IMG/VR virus record: IMGVR_UViG_3300030095_004537
Coordinates: 1 to 37,883 of that record
Strand: one strand, 5' to 3'
From: a virus
Lineage: Duplodnaviria; Caudoviricetes
DNA: 37,883 nt
In this document: in pieces, positions 8,884 through 18,735 of the stretch
How the letters are laid out: the number at the start of each line of letters is the position of its first letter
How positions within the stretch are numbered: the stretch's first letter is position 1
Position numbers and translations under genes: made by a program
The notes under the pieces: model-generated
What the model was told of the DNA's origin: nothing
What the model saw: only the letters and a program-made list of their open reading frames with translations
Database searches by the model: none

Positions 8884-9517
8884 TTATGGTATTACAGTTC
8901 ACAATGAAGCTGAGGAACTGATTAAGTTATTAGATGTACTAAGCAAAAACATAGACGATGAAGATGAGATAGTAGTTTGTGTTGATGGGGATGATGAAAA
9001 GGTAGAGGCTGTATTGGGAGAATATCTATCTGAAAACAAAGCTATAGTTTACAAAAGAAAACTTGATGGTAACTTTGCAGAACATAAAAATTCAGTTATA
9101 GAAAAAGCAAGTGGTGATTATGTATTTCATATTGATGCGGATGAATATCCAAATAAAATATTAATACAACAACTTAAAGAAATATTAGAGATAAACGAAG
9201 TTGATTTGATTTGGATACCACGAGTGAATACAATTGATGGTATGGAACAAATACATATCGAAAGGTGGGGTTGGAAAGTTACAGAAAATGGTTGGGTAAA
9301 TTATCCCGATTACCAATCACGAGTATTTCGCCGTGACGGTAAAATTCGTTGGGAAAGACCATTACATGAGTTGATACGAGGTGTAAAAACTTATGCACAC
9401 TTACCACCACATGAAGAGTTGAGTTTGTATCATCCAAAAACAATGAAAAAACAAGAAGCTCAAAATAGATTTTATAATCAAAATTTTAGTAAAGAAATGA
9501 ATGTGAGGAAGATGTGA
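8873..9517 (+). CDS. GT-A glycosyltransferase (GT2)
   Basis: ISYGITVHNE, FAEHKN, HIDADE (DxD), PDYQSR, LHE. Confidence 0.9.
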   Translation: MKISYGITVHNEAEELIKLLDVLSKNIDDEDEIVVCVDGDDEKVEAVLGEYLSENKAIVYKRKLDGNFAEHKNSVIEKASGDYVFHIDADEYPNKILIQQLKEILEINEVDLIWIPRVNTIDGMEQIHIERWGWKVTENGWVNYPDYQSRVFRRDGKIRWERPLHELIRGVKTYAHLPPHEELSLYHPKTMKKQEAQNRFYNQNFSKEMNVRKM

Positions 9518-11007
9518 TATTTTTCAGAATAGTAGATAATAAATTATTCTCTGCTGGTGAAGTTGATAGGCTTGGTTTTGAAGAGTCAGAAGGATATAGA
9601 ATACCTGATGAATATTTACAGAATCAAGAGTTCATGGTAATGAGAACTTGTCATGGATTAGGAGATTGGGGTATCGTTTCTTCACTGCCAAAATTGATAA
9701 AGCAAAAATACCCAAATTCTAAAGTTTATCTACCTACACCTAAACTTTTAGAAAGTTTGTTTGGTAGTATGAAGCACAATTGGGGGGCATTCGAAAATCC
9801 TTTTTTAAATGTAGAGCACATTTTTAAAAATAATCCATATGTCGATGGGTTCAAAGACTATATGATAGGAGAGGTGTTTCATGACCATTACAGAGTTTAT
9901 GATAGAGATAAAAAAGATATACCAATTGTAAAACAAATTTTAAAATTCTGGCAGTTTGAACCAAATGAATACAAAGATTGTTCGCCAAATTTACATTTTT
10001 CAGATGAAGAAATTGAGAAAGGTGAATCTATAATAAAAAAATATGTTGGTGATAATGAGTTTGGTGGATTGTTAATTACTGGTAGATACGAAAGTCAAGA
10101 TGGTAGGTACGATGAAGAAACTAATAAAGAAATTTTATCTTACTTTTTAGATAAAAATGATATTCCTTATTTCTACTACACTTATAAACCAAAAGATGAG
10201 TTTCCTTTTGAGTTCAACGGATGCTTAGATATGAGGAATATGGATGTTAGAACTCAGTTGTATATTAGAACGAAAGCTAAATTTAATATAGGAAATCATT
10301 GTGGAGTCTTAGATTGTGTTGCAGGTAGCTCAAAGGTATATCAGGTTCAAAGAGTATTTCCATTAAATCAAAATAAAGTAGACAACGAAATTTATCTCAA
10401 TAAAGAGAATTATAAATATTTAATTGATGATGATGACTTCAAAGTGGACTTGATTAAGGGTTTGCCTGATAAGTTCACTTCAAAGACAACTACATCATTG
10501 AAATGGAAAGTAGACTTTATTGATTACTTTAGAGATGACAAATATAAAGATATGAAGATTTTAGAAATTGGTTCTTCTTTGGGACATTCTTCTAGAACAT
10601 TGAGTTTTTTGTTTAAAAAAGTAATCGCTGTAGACAATTTATCAGAGAGGCATATAAAATCAAATAGATTGAATTATGACAGAGATAATATAGAATTTGT
10701 AACGATGGATGTTTACAATCAACCTTGGAATTTTGAGTCAGTTGATGTTGTTTTTATAGATTGTGTTCATGATTATGTTCATATTAAGAGTGATATAGAA
10801 AACAGTTTAAAATTTGGAAAGGGAACCATAATTGCTTTTGATGACTATGGTTTATTTCCTGAAGTCAAGAAAGCAATTGATGAGTATATAAAAAATGGTA
10901 TACTAAAATTAGAAACTTATTTGGGAATGCCGTTGGGAACTAAATTTCCAAAGACATTATATATAGAATTAAAGGATTGGGAGGGATTAGTATGTCAAGT
11001 AATGTAA
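9514..11007 (+). CDS. Fusion of a GT9-like glycosyltransferase domain and a class I SAM methyltransferase
   Basis: N-terminal HGLGDWG...IKQKYP...FKNNPYVD is heptosyltransferase-like. C-terminal ILEIGSSLG, VFIDCVHDY, FDDY is Methyltransf_24-like. Confidence 0.7.
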   Translation: MIFFRIVDNKLFSAGEVDRLGFEESEGYRIPDEYLQNQEFMVMRTCHGLGDWGIVSSLPKLIKQKYPNSKVYLPTPKLLESLFGSMKHNWGAFENPFLNVEHIFKNNPYVDGFKDYMIGEVFHDHYRVYDRDKKDIPIVKQILKFWQFEPNEYKDCSPNLHFSDEEIEKGESIIKKYVGDNEFGGLLITGRYESQDGRYDEETNKEILSYFLDKNDIPYFYYTYKPKDEFPFEFNGCLDMRNMDVRTQLYIRTKAKFNIGNHCGVLDCVAGSSKVYQVQRVFPLNQNKVDNEIYLNKENYKYLIDDDDFKVDLIKGLPDKFTSKTTTSLKWKVDFIDYFRDDKYKDMKILEIGSSLGHSSRTLSFLFKKVIAVDNLSERHIKSNRLNYDRDNIEFVTMDVYNQPWNFESVDVVFIDCVHDYVHIKSDIENSLKFGKGTIIAFDDYGLFPEVKKAIDEYIKNGILKLETYLGMPLGTKFPKTLYIELKDWEGLVCQVM

Positions 11008-12182
11008 AAAAAGAATTTTTAGATTTAGGTAGACATCCAATAGCAAATGCATTTTTAAAAGAAGAGGACTTTAAAGATGAGTTTCTATTTGATTTAAAAG
11101 TGTGTTGGGATGAGGAAACAAAGTTAGTATCGATCAAAGAGTTTGTAGAACCAGAGAAAATATTTAATGAGGACTATCCTTATAATACCTCTAATTCTTT
11201 TCCAATGATAGAACATTTTAAAAATACTGCTGAGATGTTGAAGATGAAATTCAAACCAAGTAAAGTTTTAGAGATAGGCTCTAACTCAGGTCCTTTTATA
11301 GAGAACTTTGATAAAGAAAATTCATTGTGCGTAGAGCCATGTGGAAACTTTGCAGAGGTTACTGAGAATATGGGATACAAAACTCATGTAGATTTTTGGA
11401 CAACTGATTTAGCTGATAAGATTGTAAAGGAAGATGGGTACATGGATTTAATCTATGCAGCTAATTGTATCTGTCACATACACGACTTAGATGATACGTT
11501 TAAAGCTGTAAAGAATATTCTAAAACCAAATGGTGTTTTTGTATTTGAAGACCCATCACTACTTAGAATATTAGAGAGAGGTTCGTATGACCAAATATAT
11601 GATGAACATCCTCATATATTTTCAGTAACTGCGTTAGACAATTTGTTGAGAAGAAATGGATTGCAAATATTTAAAGTAGATAATTTATCAGTACATGGTG
11701 GTTCTAATAGAATTTATGCTTGTCACTTTGATGGTATCACAATAGGAGATAGTGTAAAGTTTAATCTAAACGAAGAGTCTGTATTTGGTATAAATAACTT
11801 TCAGACTTATGAAATATTTGCTGAGAGGGTAGCTAACTCAAAGAAGAAGTTGATAAAGTTACTGAAAGATTTGAAGAGCGATGGTAAAAAAATAATGAGT
11901 ATAGGTGCTACAGCAAAATCAACCACTGTATTTAATTATTGTGGTATAGATAGTAGTATGATAGATGTGATAACAGACACTACGATAGATAAACAGAATA
12001 CATACTCACCCGGCGCACATATTCCTGTTGTTTCTCCTGATAGTATTGATATGAAAGATTATGATTATGCTTATTTAGGAGCTTGGAATTTTAAAGATGT
12101 TATCATAAACAAACAGAGAGAGTTCGTAGAAAATGGTGGTAAATTTATAACACATGTTCCTGATGTAATGATTTTTTCGTGA
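10992..12182 (+). CDS. NDP-sugar C-methyltransferase (NovU/TylC3/TcaB9 family)
   Basis: LDLGRHPIANAF, YPYNTS, LEIGSNSG, YDQIYDEH, VHGGSNR, GATAKS, KQNTYSPG, AWNF. Start ATG 10992. Confidence 0.9.
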   Translation: MSSNVKKEFLDLGRHPIANAFLKEEDFKDEFLFDLKVCWDEETKLVSIKEFVEPEKIFNEDYPYNTSNSFPMIEHFKNTAEMLKMKFKPSKVLEIGSNSGPFIENFDKENSLCVEPCGNFAEVTENMGYKTHVDFWTTDLADKIVKEDGYMDLIYAANCICHIHDLDDTFKAVKNILKPNGVFVFEDPSLLRILERGSYDQIYDEHPHIFSVTALDNLLRRNGLQIFKVDNLSVHGGSNRIYACHFDGITIGDSVKFNLNEESVFGINNFQTYEIFAERVANSKKKLIKLLKDLKSDGKKIMSIGATAKSTTVFNYCGIDSSMIDVITDTTIDKQNTYSPGAHIPVVSPDSIDMKDYDYAYLGAWNFKDVIINKQREFVENGGKFITHVPDVMIFS

Positions 12183-13960
12183 TGAAAATTGGTTTAATAG
12201 GTTATGGTTATTGGGGTAAGATACTACTCCCTAAGTTAGAAAATTTTGGAGAGGTAGTGTTTACATGCACTTCAAAAGAAAGCTATAAAGATAGGCTAAA
12301 TGAAGTTGATTGGGTTGTTGTAGCTACACCTAGTCAGACTCATTACGATATTGTAAAGTATTGTTTAGAAGCTGGAGTAAATGTTTTCTGTGAAAAGTCT
12401 TTAACATTAGATTATCAGACTTCTTTTGATTTGTATTACACAGCAGAACTTTATAATGTTAAACTTTACGTTAATGATGTTTTTATGTTCAGAGACAAAC
12501 TAAAAGAAATAGAATACCCTACTGAAAATAAAATAACTGTTAATTGGTTAAAGAAGGGTAGGTCTGATTATGGTAAATTTATTATGTCTAATCTTTATAA
12601 TTTAGCTTGGCATGATTTCTATTTACTACACAGTATATTGGGTGAAGAATTTTCTGATATCAAAAAAATAGACACAAAAAGAACATTAAGTTTTTCTATC
12701 AAATTAGGCGGTAAGAAAGTAAATTTTTGTTATGATAGACTGGCAAAAGAAAATTTGCACGAAATTAATGGTATTAATCTAATGCACGATGGTGATGATA
12801 AAGACGCTCTAATGGAGATGTTTAAGTATGTTTTTAACAATGATGATTATTTAGAAAACAAAGATAGGACATTGTTCTGTGCTAGATTAATAGATAGACT
12901 TAGAAAAGAATTATTCGAAAGTGTAAATGTAGTCGGTGGTGGTATATTTGGGGTAACTTGTGCGTGGATGTTATCTAAAAATGGTTACTTTGTTAATCTT
13001 TATGAAAAGGCTGGTGACATATTTAACTCAGCATCTGGCATAAATCAGTATAGACTACATAGAGGATATCACTACCCTAGAAGTCACGAGACTGCTATTT
13101 CATCTAAAGAAGGACAAGATGGATTTTTAAAGTATTATAGTGAAAGTATTTTAAATAAAGTAGAAAACTACTATTGTATAGCAAAAGATAAAAGTTTAGT
13201 TGACAAAGATACATATATAAAATTTTTAGATGATTTACAATTAGAGTATAAAGAAGTGGATGTTGATTTAACCAATGATGAGGCTCTGCAATTGTGTTTA
13301 GAAGTAAAAGAAACATTATTTGATTCTAATAAACTAAAGGAAATCTGTTGGGACTTACTTGGTAAATACCTTGTAAAAGTTAATTTGAATACTGATTTTG
13401 GCGTTGGGGATTTAGACAGCACTTTAACTGTAAATGCTACTTATTCTTTAAAAAATCACCTTTCAACTGAAAAAGAAGATTTACAATTTGAGTTGTGTGA
13501 AAAGCCGGTTGTTAGGTTGTCGGATAAGTATAAGAACAAATCTTTTGTAGTAATGGATGGGCCTTTCATGTGTATAGATCCTTATGGGGATACAGGATAT
13601 CATGTTATGGGCAATGTAGTCCATGCTATTCATGAAACAAATATTGGTAAAAAACCAATCGTTAAAAATAAAACCTTGAAGAAATATTTAAATAGTGGAG
13701 TTATAAAAAATCCCTTAGTTACAAACATAAATAAATTTATTGAATCAGGCAAAAACTTTTTTGATGACTTTGATACATTAGAGCATATAGGTTCGATGTA
13801 TACAATCAGAACAGTTCTAAAAGACAGAGAACATGATGATGCTAGACCTACTATTTATAAATTTGATAAAGATAATTTAATTACTATATTTTCTGGCAAA
13901 ATAGGTACTTGTGTAGATACTGCTGAAAATATTATAGGAGATTTGATAAATGAACAATAA
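12179..13960 (+). CDS. Fusion of a Gfo/Idh/MocA NAD(P) oxidoreductase and an FAD-dependent oxidoreductase
   Basis: IGYGYWG, ATP..H, VFCEK, LAWHD; then VGGGIFG, NQYRLHRGYHYPRS, DGPF, SGKI. Confidence 0.85.
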   Translation: MMKIGLIGYGYWGKILLPKLENFGEVVFTCTSKESYKDRLNEVDWVVVATPSQTHYDIVKYCLEAGVNVFCEKSLTLDYQTSFDLYYTAELYNVKLYVNDVFMFRDKLKEIEYPTENKITVNWLKKGRSDYGKFIMSNLYNLAWHDFYLLHSILGEEFSDIKKIDTKRTLSFSIKLGGKKVNFCYDRLAKENLHEINGINLMHDGDDKDALMEMFKYVFNNDDYLENKDRTLFCARLIDRLRKELFESVNVVGGGIFGVTCAWMLSKNGYFVNLYEKAGDIFNSASGINQYRLHRGYHYPRSHETAISSKEGQDGFLKYYSESILNKVENYYCIAKDKSLVDKDTYIKFLDDLQLEYKEVDVDLTNDEALQLCLEVKETLFDSNKLKEICWDLLGKYLVKVNLNTDFGVGDLDSTLTVNATYSLKNHLSTEKEDLQFELCEKPVVRLSDKYKNKSFVVMDGPFMCIDPYGDTGYHVMGNVVHAIHETNIGKKPIVKNKTLKKYLNSGVIKNPLVTNINKFIESGKNFFDDFDTLEHIGSMYTIRTVLKDREHDDARPTIYKFDKDNLITIFSGKIGTCVDTAENIIGDLINEQ

Positions 13961-15623
13961 AGTTATTTATACATCAATGTTTGGTTATGCTGACAATTCT
14001 GATTTCTTTCTTCATACGCCTAAATGTAGGTTAGATGGTTGGGATTTAGTTTGCTTTACAGACAATCCAAATATTAAATCTGATGTTTGGGAAGTTAGAT
14101 TAGTGACAAGATATTATGTGGATGGTGCTAGAGATAATAGGTTATACAAGATATTACCTCATAGACATTTCAAAGAATATGATATTAGTGTGTGTGTGGA
14201 TGCAGATGTACTAATTACTAATAATATAGATGATGTAGTGAATGAGCATTTGTCTGAACAAAACCTTTCAGTATTAGACCATTCAATATGTGGTATGACA
14301 AAGACTGGTAATTTGAATAGGAGAAGTTGCATATACCAAGAAGCTGATTTTATAAAGTGGTTAGGTGATAATCATCCTAGAAAAAAATATAAAGATGATA
14401 TGAATATAATTTTCAATCAGACAAAAAAGTACTTGGCAGATGGTTATCCTAAAAATAATGGTTTAGCTAGAACCACAGTAATTTTTAGAAGACACAATGA
14501 GGCTGATGTAATAGAGGCTATGGAAAAATGGTGGGTGGAATACAGATACAATAGCAGAAGAGACCAATTAAGTTTTCCTTACTCAGTTTGGAAAACAGAT
14601 TTAAAATTTAAATATATGTCCATAGATATCGATGATAACAAATGGTTTCAACTTATGAAACAATGGAGAAAAGACAGAAGTAAGAAAGTTAATATGAAAT
14701 ATGAACCAATTAGTTTAGAATATTTTTTAAATATGGAGTTCGCTGGGGGAACTGGTGGTAAAGAAATTATTACACAAAATCAAAGTTTGAAAACTGTTAG
14801 AGATGTTTATATGTTTTATTCTATACCGGGTAATGTACAGACTGTTAAAGATAAATTGATTCCTGATAACTGGCAATATTTTAATTGTATACTAGCTGAA
14901 TTTAGAAAAGATGTTGGAGACCACCATAAATTAGGGTGGGATAAGATGACAGAGGAATATTATTCTAATTTAGAATTAATGAATGATAATGAGTTAGAAA
15001 CTTTTCTTAAAGAAAATCCAGTAGAATTTGATAATGGTTTTATAAAACATAGTTATCATAGAGCTTGTGCTATGATTGGTAGATTAATAAAAGGTAAGAA
15101 GTACATTCCATTTTACATGAAAAGGAGTCAGATATATGATGAAGTTAGAAAAAGTGATAATTTACAAAGAGTAAAACCATTAATACATAATGTAAAGGGT
15201 ACAAGTGATATATCAATACCAACTGGTGAGTTTACAATATGCCAGTCTGGTATATTAGCTCTAATGGGTATTAGACAGAATGATGATATAGATATTATAA
15301 TATCTACTGAAGCTAGGAATCAGATATTCGGCGGTGATACTAATTTTATTAGAAGTAATGGGGTTGAGATATTTGAACCTAATCGTGGTAAGTTTAGAAT
15401 ATTTGATGCTCAAGGCGATGATGATTTAATAGACAACTACAGTTTCAAAGTAAATGGTTACAACTTTTTAGAACCAAGATTTTATTTTAGTAGAAAGAAC
15501 AAACATACTGATAGAGATAAATCAGATTGGGATGGTATAAGAAAGTTTTTTGAAATGAAAAGTCATAAAGGGTATCCGTTTAATAAATTAACAGAAGAAC
15601 AATGGGGGGTAAAATTTATATGA
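13950..15623 (+). CDS. Multidomain protein: DUF616 (TOD1/MUCI70-like) glycosyltransferase, unknown middle domain, nucleotidyltransferase-like C-terminus
   Basis: VIYTS..G, CFTD, KILPH, VDAD, SRRDQLSF in the N-terminus. SGILALMGIRQNDDIDI in the C-terminus. Internal Met at 14694. Confidence 0.7.
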   Translation: MNNKVIYTSMFGYADNSDFFLHTPKCRLDGWDLVCFTDNPNIKSDVWEVRLVTRYYVDGARDNRLYKILPHRHFKEYDISVCVDADVLITNNIDDVVNEHLSEQNLSVLDHSICGMTKTGNLNRRSCIYQEADFIKWLGDNHPRKKYKDDMNIIFNQTKKYLADGYPKNNGLARTTVIFRRHNEADVIEAMEKWWVEYRYNSRRDQLSFPYSVWKTDLKFKYMSIDIDDNKWFQLMKQWRKDRSKKVNMKYEPISLEYFLNMEFAGGTGGKEIITQNQSLKTVRDVYMFYSIPGNVQTVKDKLIPDNWQYFNCILAEFRKDVGDHHKLGWDKMTEEYYSNLELMNDNELETFLKENPVEFDNGFIKHSYHRACAMIGRLIKGKKYIPFYMKRSQIYDEVRKSDNLQRVKPLIHNVKGTSDISIPTGEFTICQSGILALMGIRQNDDIDIIISTEARNQIFGGDTNFIRSNGVEIFEPNRGKFRIFDAQGDDDLIDNYSFKVNGYNFLEPRFYFSRKNKHTDRDKSDWDGIRKFFEMKSHKGYPFNKLTEEQWGVKFI

Positions 15624-16396
15624 AAAATATAGTTTTTATGCCAAATATTAATTTAGATGATAATAGAAACAAATCTTACAAATATTCTGTTAAGAGTTGG
15701 AAACATTTTTGTGATAAGAATAATTGTGAATTATTAGTATGGGAAGATTTGCTCTATCCTGTAGAATATATGAAGATAACTTGGCAAAGATACCATCTAT
15801 TTGACTTTTTGGATGATAATAAAATAGATTATGACCAAGTTCTAATGATTGATGCTGATACTATCGTGCATCCTGATTGTCCTAATTTCTTCAATGAAAC
15901 AGATGGTAAGTACTGTGGAGTAATGAATGATGGGGATTATGAATGGGTTTTGAGAAGCATTGAAAATTTTGGTAACAGGCTGTTTGGTGGAAATAGAATC
16001 AATCTTCATAAATATATCAATGGTGGGTTTCAAATTATTAATAAAAATCACAAACCATTTTTTAACGAAATGAAAAAATATTATGAAGAAAATCATATAG
16101 ATATAAAAATAGCTATCACCGAAATCCAAGCTGGTACAGACCAAACCATATTGAATTTTATGTTAAATAAGCATAAAATAGATTTAAAAATCTTACCACC
16201 ATGTTACAATCTACAAGATTTGTGGAGAAAGAATGTACTTTTACTAGATAATGAACTTCAACATTGGATGGATGATAAACTTTATTTTTCAGAAGCCGGT
16301 TGGGTTTATCATTTTAATGCCATACCAGGTAATCCAATGAGAAGAGATGCTAGTTATTGGATGAAGAGAACTTATGAGGAGTTATATAATGTGTAG
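15620..16396 (+). CDS. GT-A glycosyltransferase (GT8/GT34-like)
   Basis: MIDADT (DxD), YINGGF, DQTILN, YHFN. ATGA-coupled start at 15620. Confidence 0.8.
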   Translation: MKNIVFMPNINLDDNRNKSYKYSVKSWKHFCDKNNCELLVWEDLLYPVEYMKITWQRYHLFDFLDDNKIDYDQVLMIDADTIVHPDCPNFFNETDGKYCGVMNDGDYEWVLRSIENFGNRLFGGNRINLHKYINGGFQIINKNHKPFFNEMKKYYEENHIDIKIAITEIQAGTDQTILNFMLNKHKIDLKILPPCYNLQDLWRKNVLLLDNELQHWMDDKLYFSEAGWVYHFNAIPGNPMRRDASYWMKRTYEELYNV

Positions 16397-17729
16397 CATA
16401 TTATGTACCAATAAAGATATAGAAAATGTTGACGAAATAAACTATTATTTGAAGTTTAGGGGTCCTGATGATACTTGTATTGTCAAAGATGATGTTAATA
16501 ACTTTACTTTTATACATAATCTTTTAAGTATGACCGGAGAGTTCACTAGCCAACCATTCCATGATGATGGTATTGTTTGTCTATATAATGGAGAAATTTA
16601 TAATTATAAACAATTTGGTGATTATAAGAGCGATGGTTATTGTTTAATAGACTTATATAAAGAATATGGAATTGAATTTGTAAAGAAATTGGATGGAGAG
16701 TTTGCTATTTTATTAATGGATTTTAACAGAGACTTAATAGTTATGGTAACAGACCCATTCAAAACAAAACCTTTATTTTATTCAAATGAAGATGGTGATT
16801 TTGGATGTTCGTCATATAGAACAGCACTTGATAAGATTAATCATAAGAATGTGAAAAAAGCTAAACCAAATACTGCTATGACTTTCAAAATTTCTGATGG
16901 TTCTTTGATAGATGAATTTACAGTATGTGAATTTGATTTGAATCAAAGTAAAAATCATTTTGATGATTGGGACAAAGCTTATACGGATTCAATTTTTAAA
17001 AGAACTTCTGATACAACTCAAAAAATATTTATAGGTTTAAGTTCAGGTTATGATAGCGGAGTGATATGTGCTGAATTAATTGAACAGAATGTGGAGTTTA
17101 AAGCTTATACTGTCAATGGCAATACAGAAAATTCAAATATTTTGAATGAAAGACATAAATTAATTAACAATTCAGAAAATGCTTCTTTAGAAAATCTATA
17201 TAAATCAAATGAGATTCGTGAAATACATCGAAATCAAATAAAATCAGGCACAGAGGAATTTAGATGGACAATAGAATCTTCCTCTACTGATTATAAAGAA
17301 AGAGCTTTACTTTGGGATGACAGAGGTTCTGCGTGGATGTCCTTGGTATGTAATGCGGCTAATCAAGATAATAGAAAAGTGTATCTATCAGGTATAGGTC
17401 CTGATGAAGTATATGCTGACTATGGATTTAATGGTCAAAAGTTTGCTCCACACAGTAATTTTGGTGGGATATTTCCAAAAGACTTATCATCTATATTTCC
17501 TTGGCTCAGTTTTTACTACAGTAGTATGGAATCCTATATAGCTAAAGAGGAATATGTGTCTGGCATGTACGGAATTGAGGCTAGATATCCGTTCTTAGAT
17601 AAAAAAGTTATTCAAGAGTTTTTATGGCTTACGTCTGATTTAAAAAATAAATACTATAAATCTGTCCTACACAATTACTGTATAAAAAATAACTATCCCC
17701 TTGCTATAGGTGAGAAGGTGGGGTTTTAG
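16389..17729 (+). CDS. Asparagine-synthetase-like (AsnB) glutamine amidotransferase
   Basis: Start MCSI gives the N-terminal nucleophile Cys. RGPD, NGEIYN, LDGEFA, LSSGYDS, SGIGPDE, EARYPFLD. Confidence 0.85.
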   Translation: MCSILCTNKDIENVDEINYYLKFRGPDDTCIVKDDVNNFTFIHNLLSMTGEFTSQPFHDDGIVCLYNGEIYNYKQFGDYKSDGYCLIDLYKEYGIEFVKKLDGEFAILLMDFNRDLIVMVTDPFKTKPLFYSNEDGDFGCSSYRTALDKINHKNVKKAKPNTAMTFKISDGSLIDEFTVCEFDLNQSKNHFDDWDKAYTDSIFKRTSDTTQKIFIGLSSGYDSGVICAELIEQNVEFKAYTVNGNTENSNILNERHKLINNSENASLENLYKSNEIREIHRNQIKSGTEEFRWTIESSSTDYKERALLWDDRGSAWMSLVCNAANQDNRKVYLSGIGPDEVYADYGFNGQKFAPHSNFGGIFPKDLSSIFPWLSFYYSSMESYIAKEEYVSGMYGIEARYPFLDKKVIQEFLWLTSDLKNKYYKSVLHNYCIKNNYPLAIGEKVGF

Positions 17730-17730
17730 T

Positions 17731-18681
17731 ATGAATGTAGCATTCTTTTCAGAGAGTCAAGTCAATGGTAAGATACCAAGAGACTTCCCTAACGCTAGAA
17801 CGGAGTATGCTTGGATAATGGCATTGGATGCTTCACACTACAACATAAATGATATTCCAAATGAAAAGTTTGATTTAGGTATAGTTATAATACCAAAGAA
17901 TAATCCAAACATAGATTTAAATTTATTCAGAAGTTGCTGTGACAAAGTGTCCGTAATGCAAGAAGGTCCCCATTGGTTCTTTCAAGACTATTCTGTAGAA
18001 CAACAATTTCATTATTACAATACTGTAGTTAGTGCTGATTGGGTTTATTGTCATAATGAATCTGATGTAAGTTATTATCTTGGATTGGGTTGTAGAGATG
18101 TGAGGGTAATGAGAAGTCTTATGATTACTGATGGGTTAACTACTAGAAGAGAAAAACTAATTGATAGTTATGGTGATTTACCAAGCCCAAAGTTTTATGA
18201 AAATTCAAAGGTAATAATTGGTGGTAATTTTGTAAGTTGGTATGGTGGGTTTGATTCTTATATGGTTGCTAGAGAAATGGGATATCCTATATCAGCGCCA
18301 TCGATGGGTAGAAAACAAGAACAAGAAAGTATGATTGAAGATATAAACTATCTACCTTATATGAGTTGGAGAGATTGGATTGATAAGCTGAGTGATTTTA
18401 GTATAGGAGTTCATCTAATGAGAACACATGCGGCTGGTACATTTGCTATGAATTGTGGATTTCACGGAATACCTTGCATTGGATATGAGGGATTAGATAC
18501 TCAAGAAATACTACATCCACTAACTACGGTTAAAGTTGGAGATTTAGACGAGGCAAAAAGAGTGGCTGAAAAGTTGAAGAGTGAAAAGTTTTACAAATTG
18601 TGTGTTGATACAATGGACAAAAGATTTAAACAAAGCTATACAGAAGAAGCTTGGTTTGGTAATTGGAAAAGTACAAATTAA
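17731..18681 (+). CDS. Hypothetical protein, possibly a degenerate GT-B glycosyltransferase
   Basis: C-terminal AAGTFAMNCGFHGIPCIG resembles the GT-B donor-binding segment. Confidence 0.5.
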   Translation: MNVAFFSESQVNGKIPRDFPNARTEYAWIMALDASHYNINDIPNEKFDLGIVIIPKNNPNIDLNLFRSCCDKVSVMQEGPHWFFQDYSVEQQFHYYNTVVSADWVYCHNESDVSYYLGLGCRDVRVMRSLMITDGLTTRREKLIDSYGDLPSPKFYENSKVIIGGNFVSWYGGFDSYMVAREMGYPISAPSMGRKQEQESMIEDINYLPYMSWRDWIDKLSDFSIGVHLMRTHAAGTFAMNCGFHGIPCIGYEGLDTQEILHPLTTVKVGDLDEAKRVAEKLKSEKFYKLCVDTMDKRFKQSYTEEAWFGNWKSTN

Positions 18682-18735
18682 AATTGTATTTGGGTTTGAA
18701 TTTTAATATTTATTTGAAAGGTAAAGGTTAATTAT

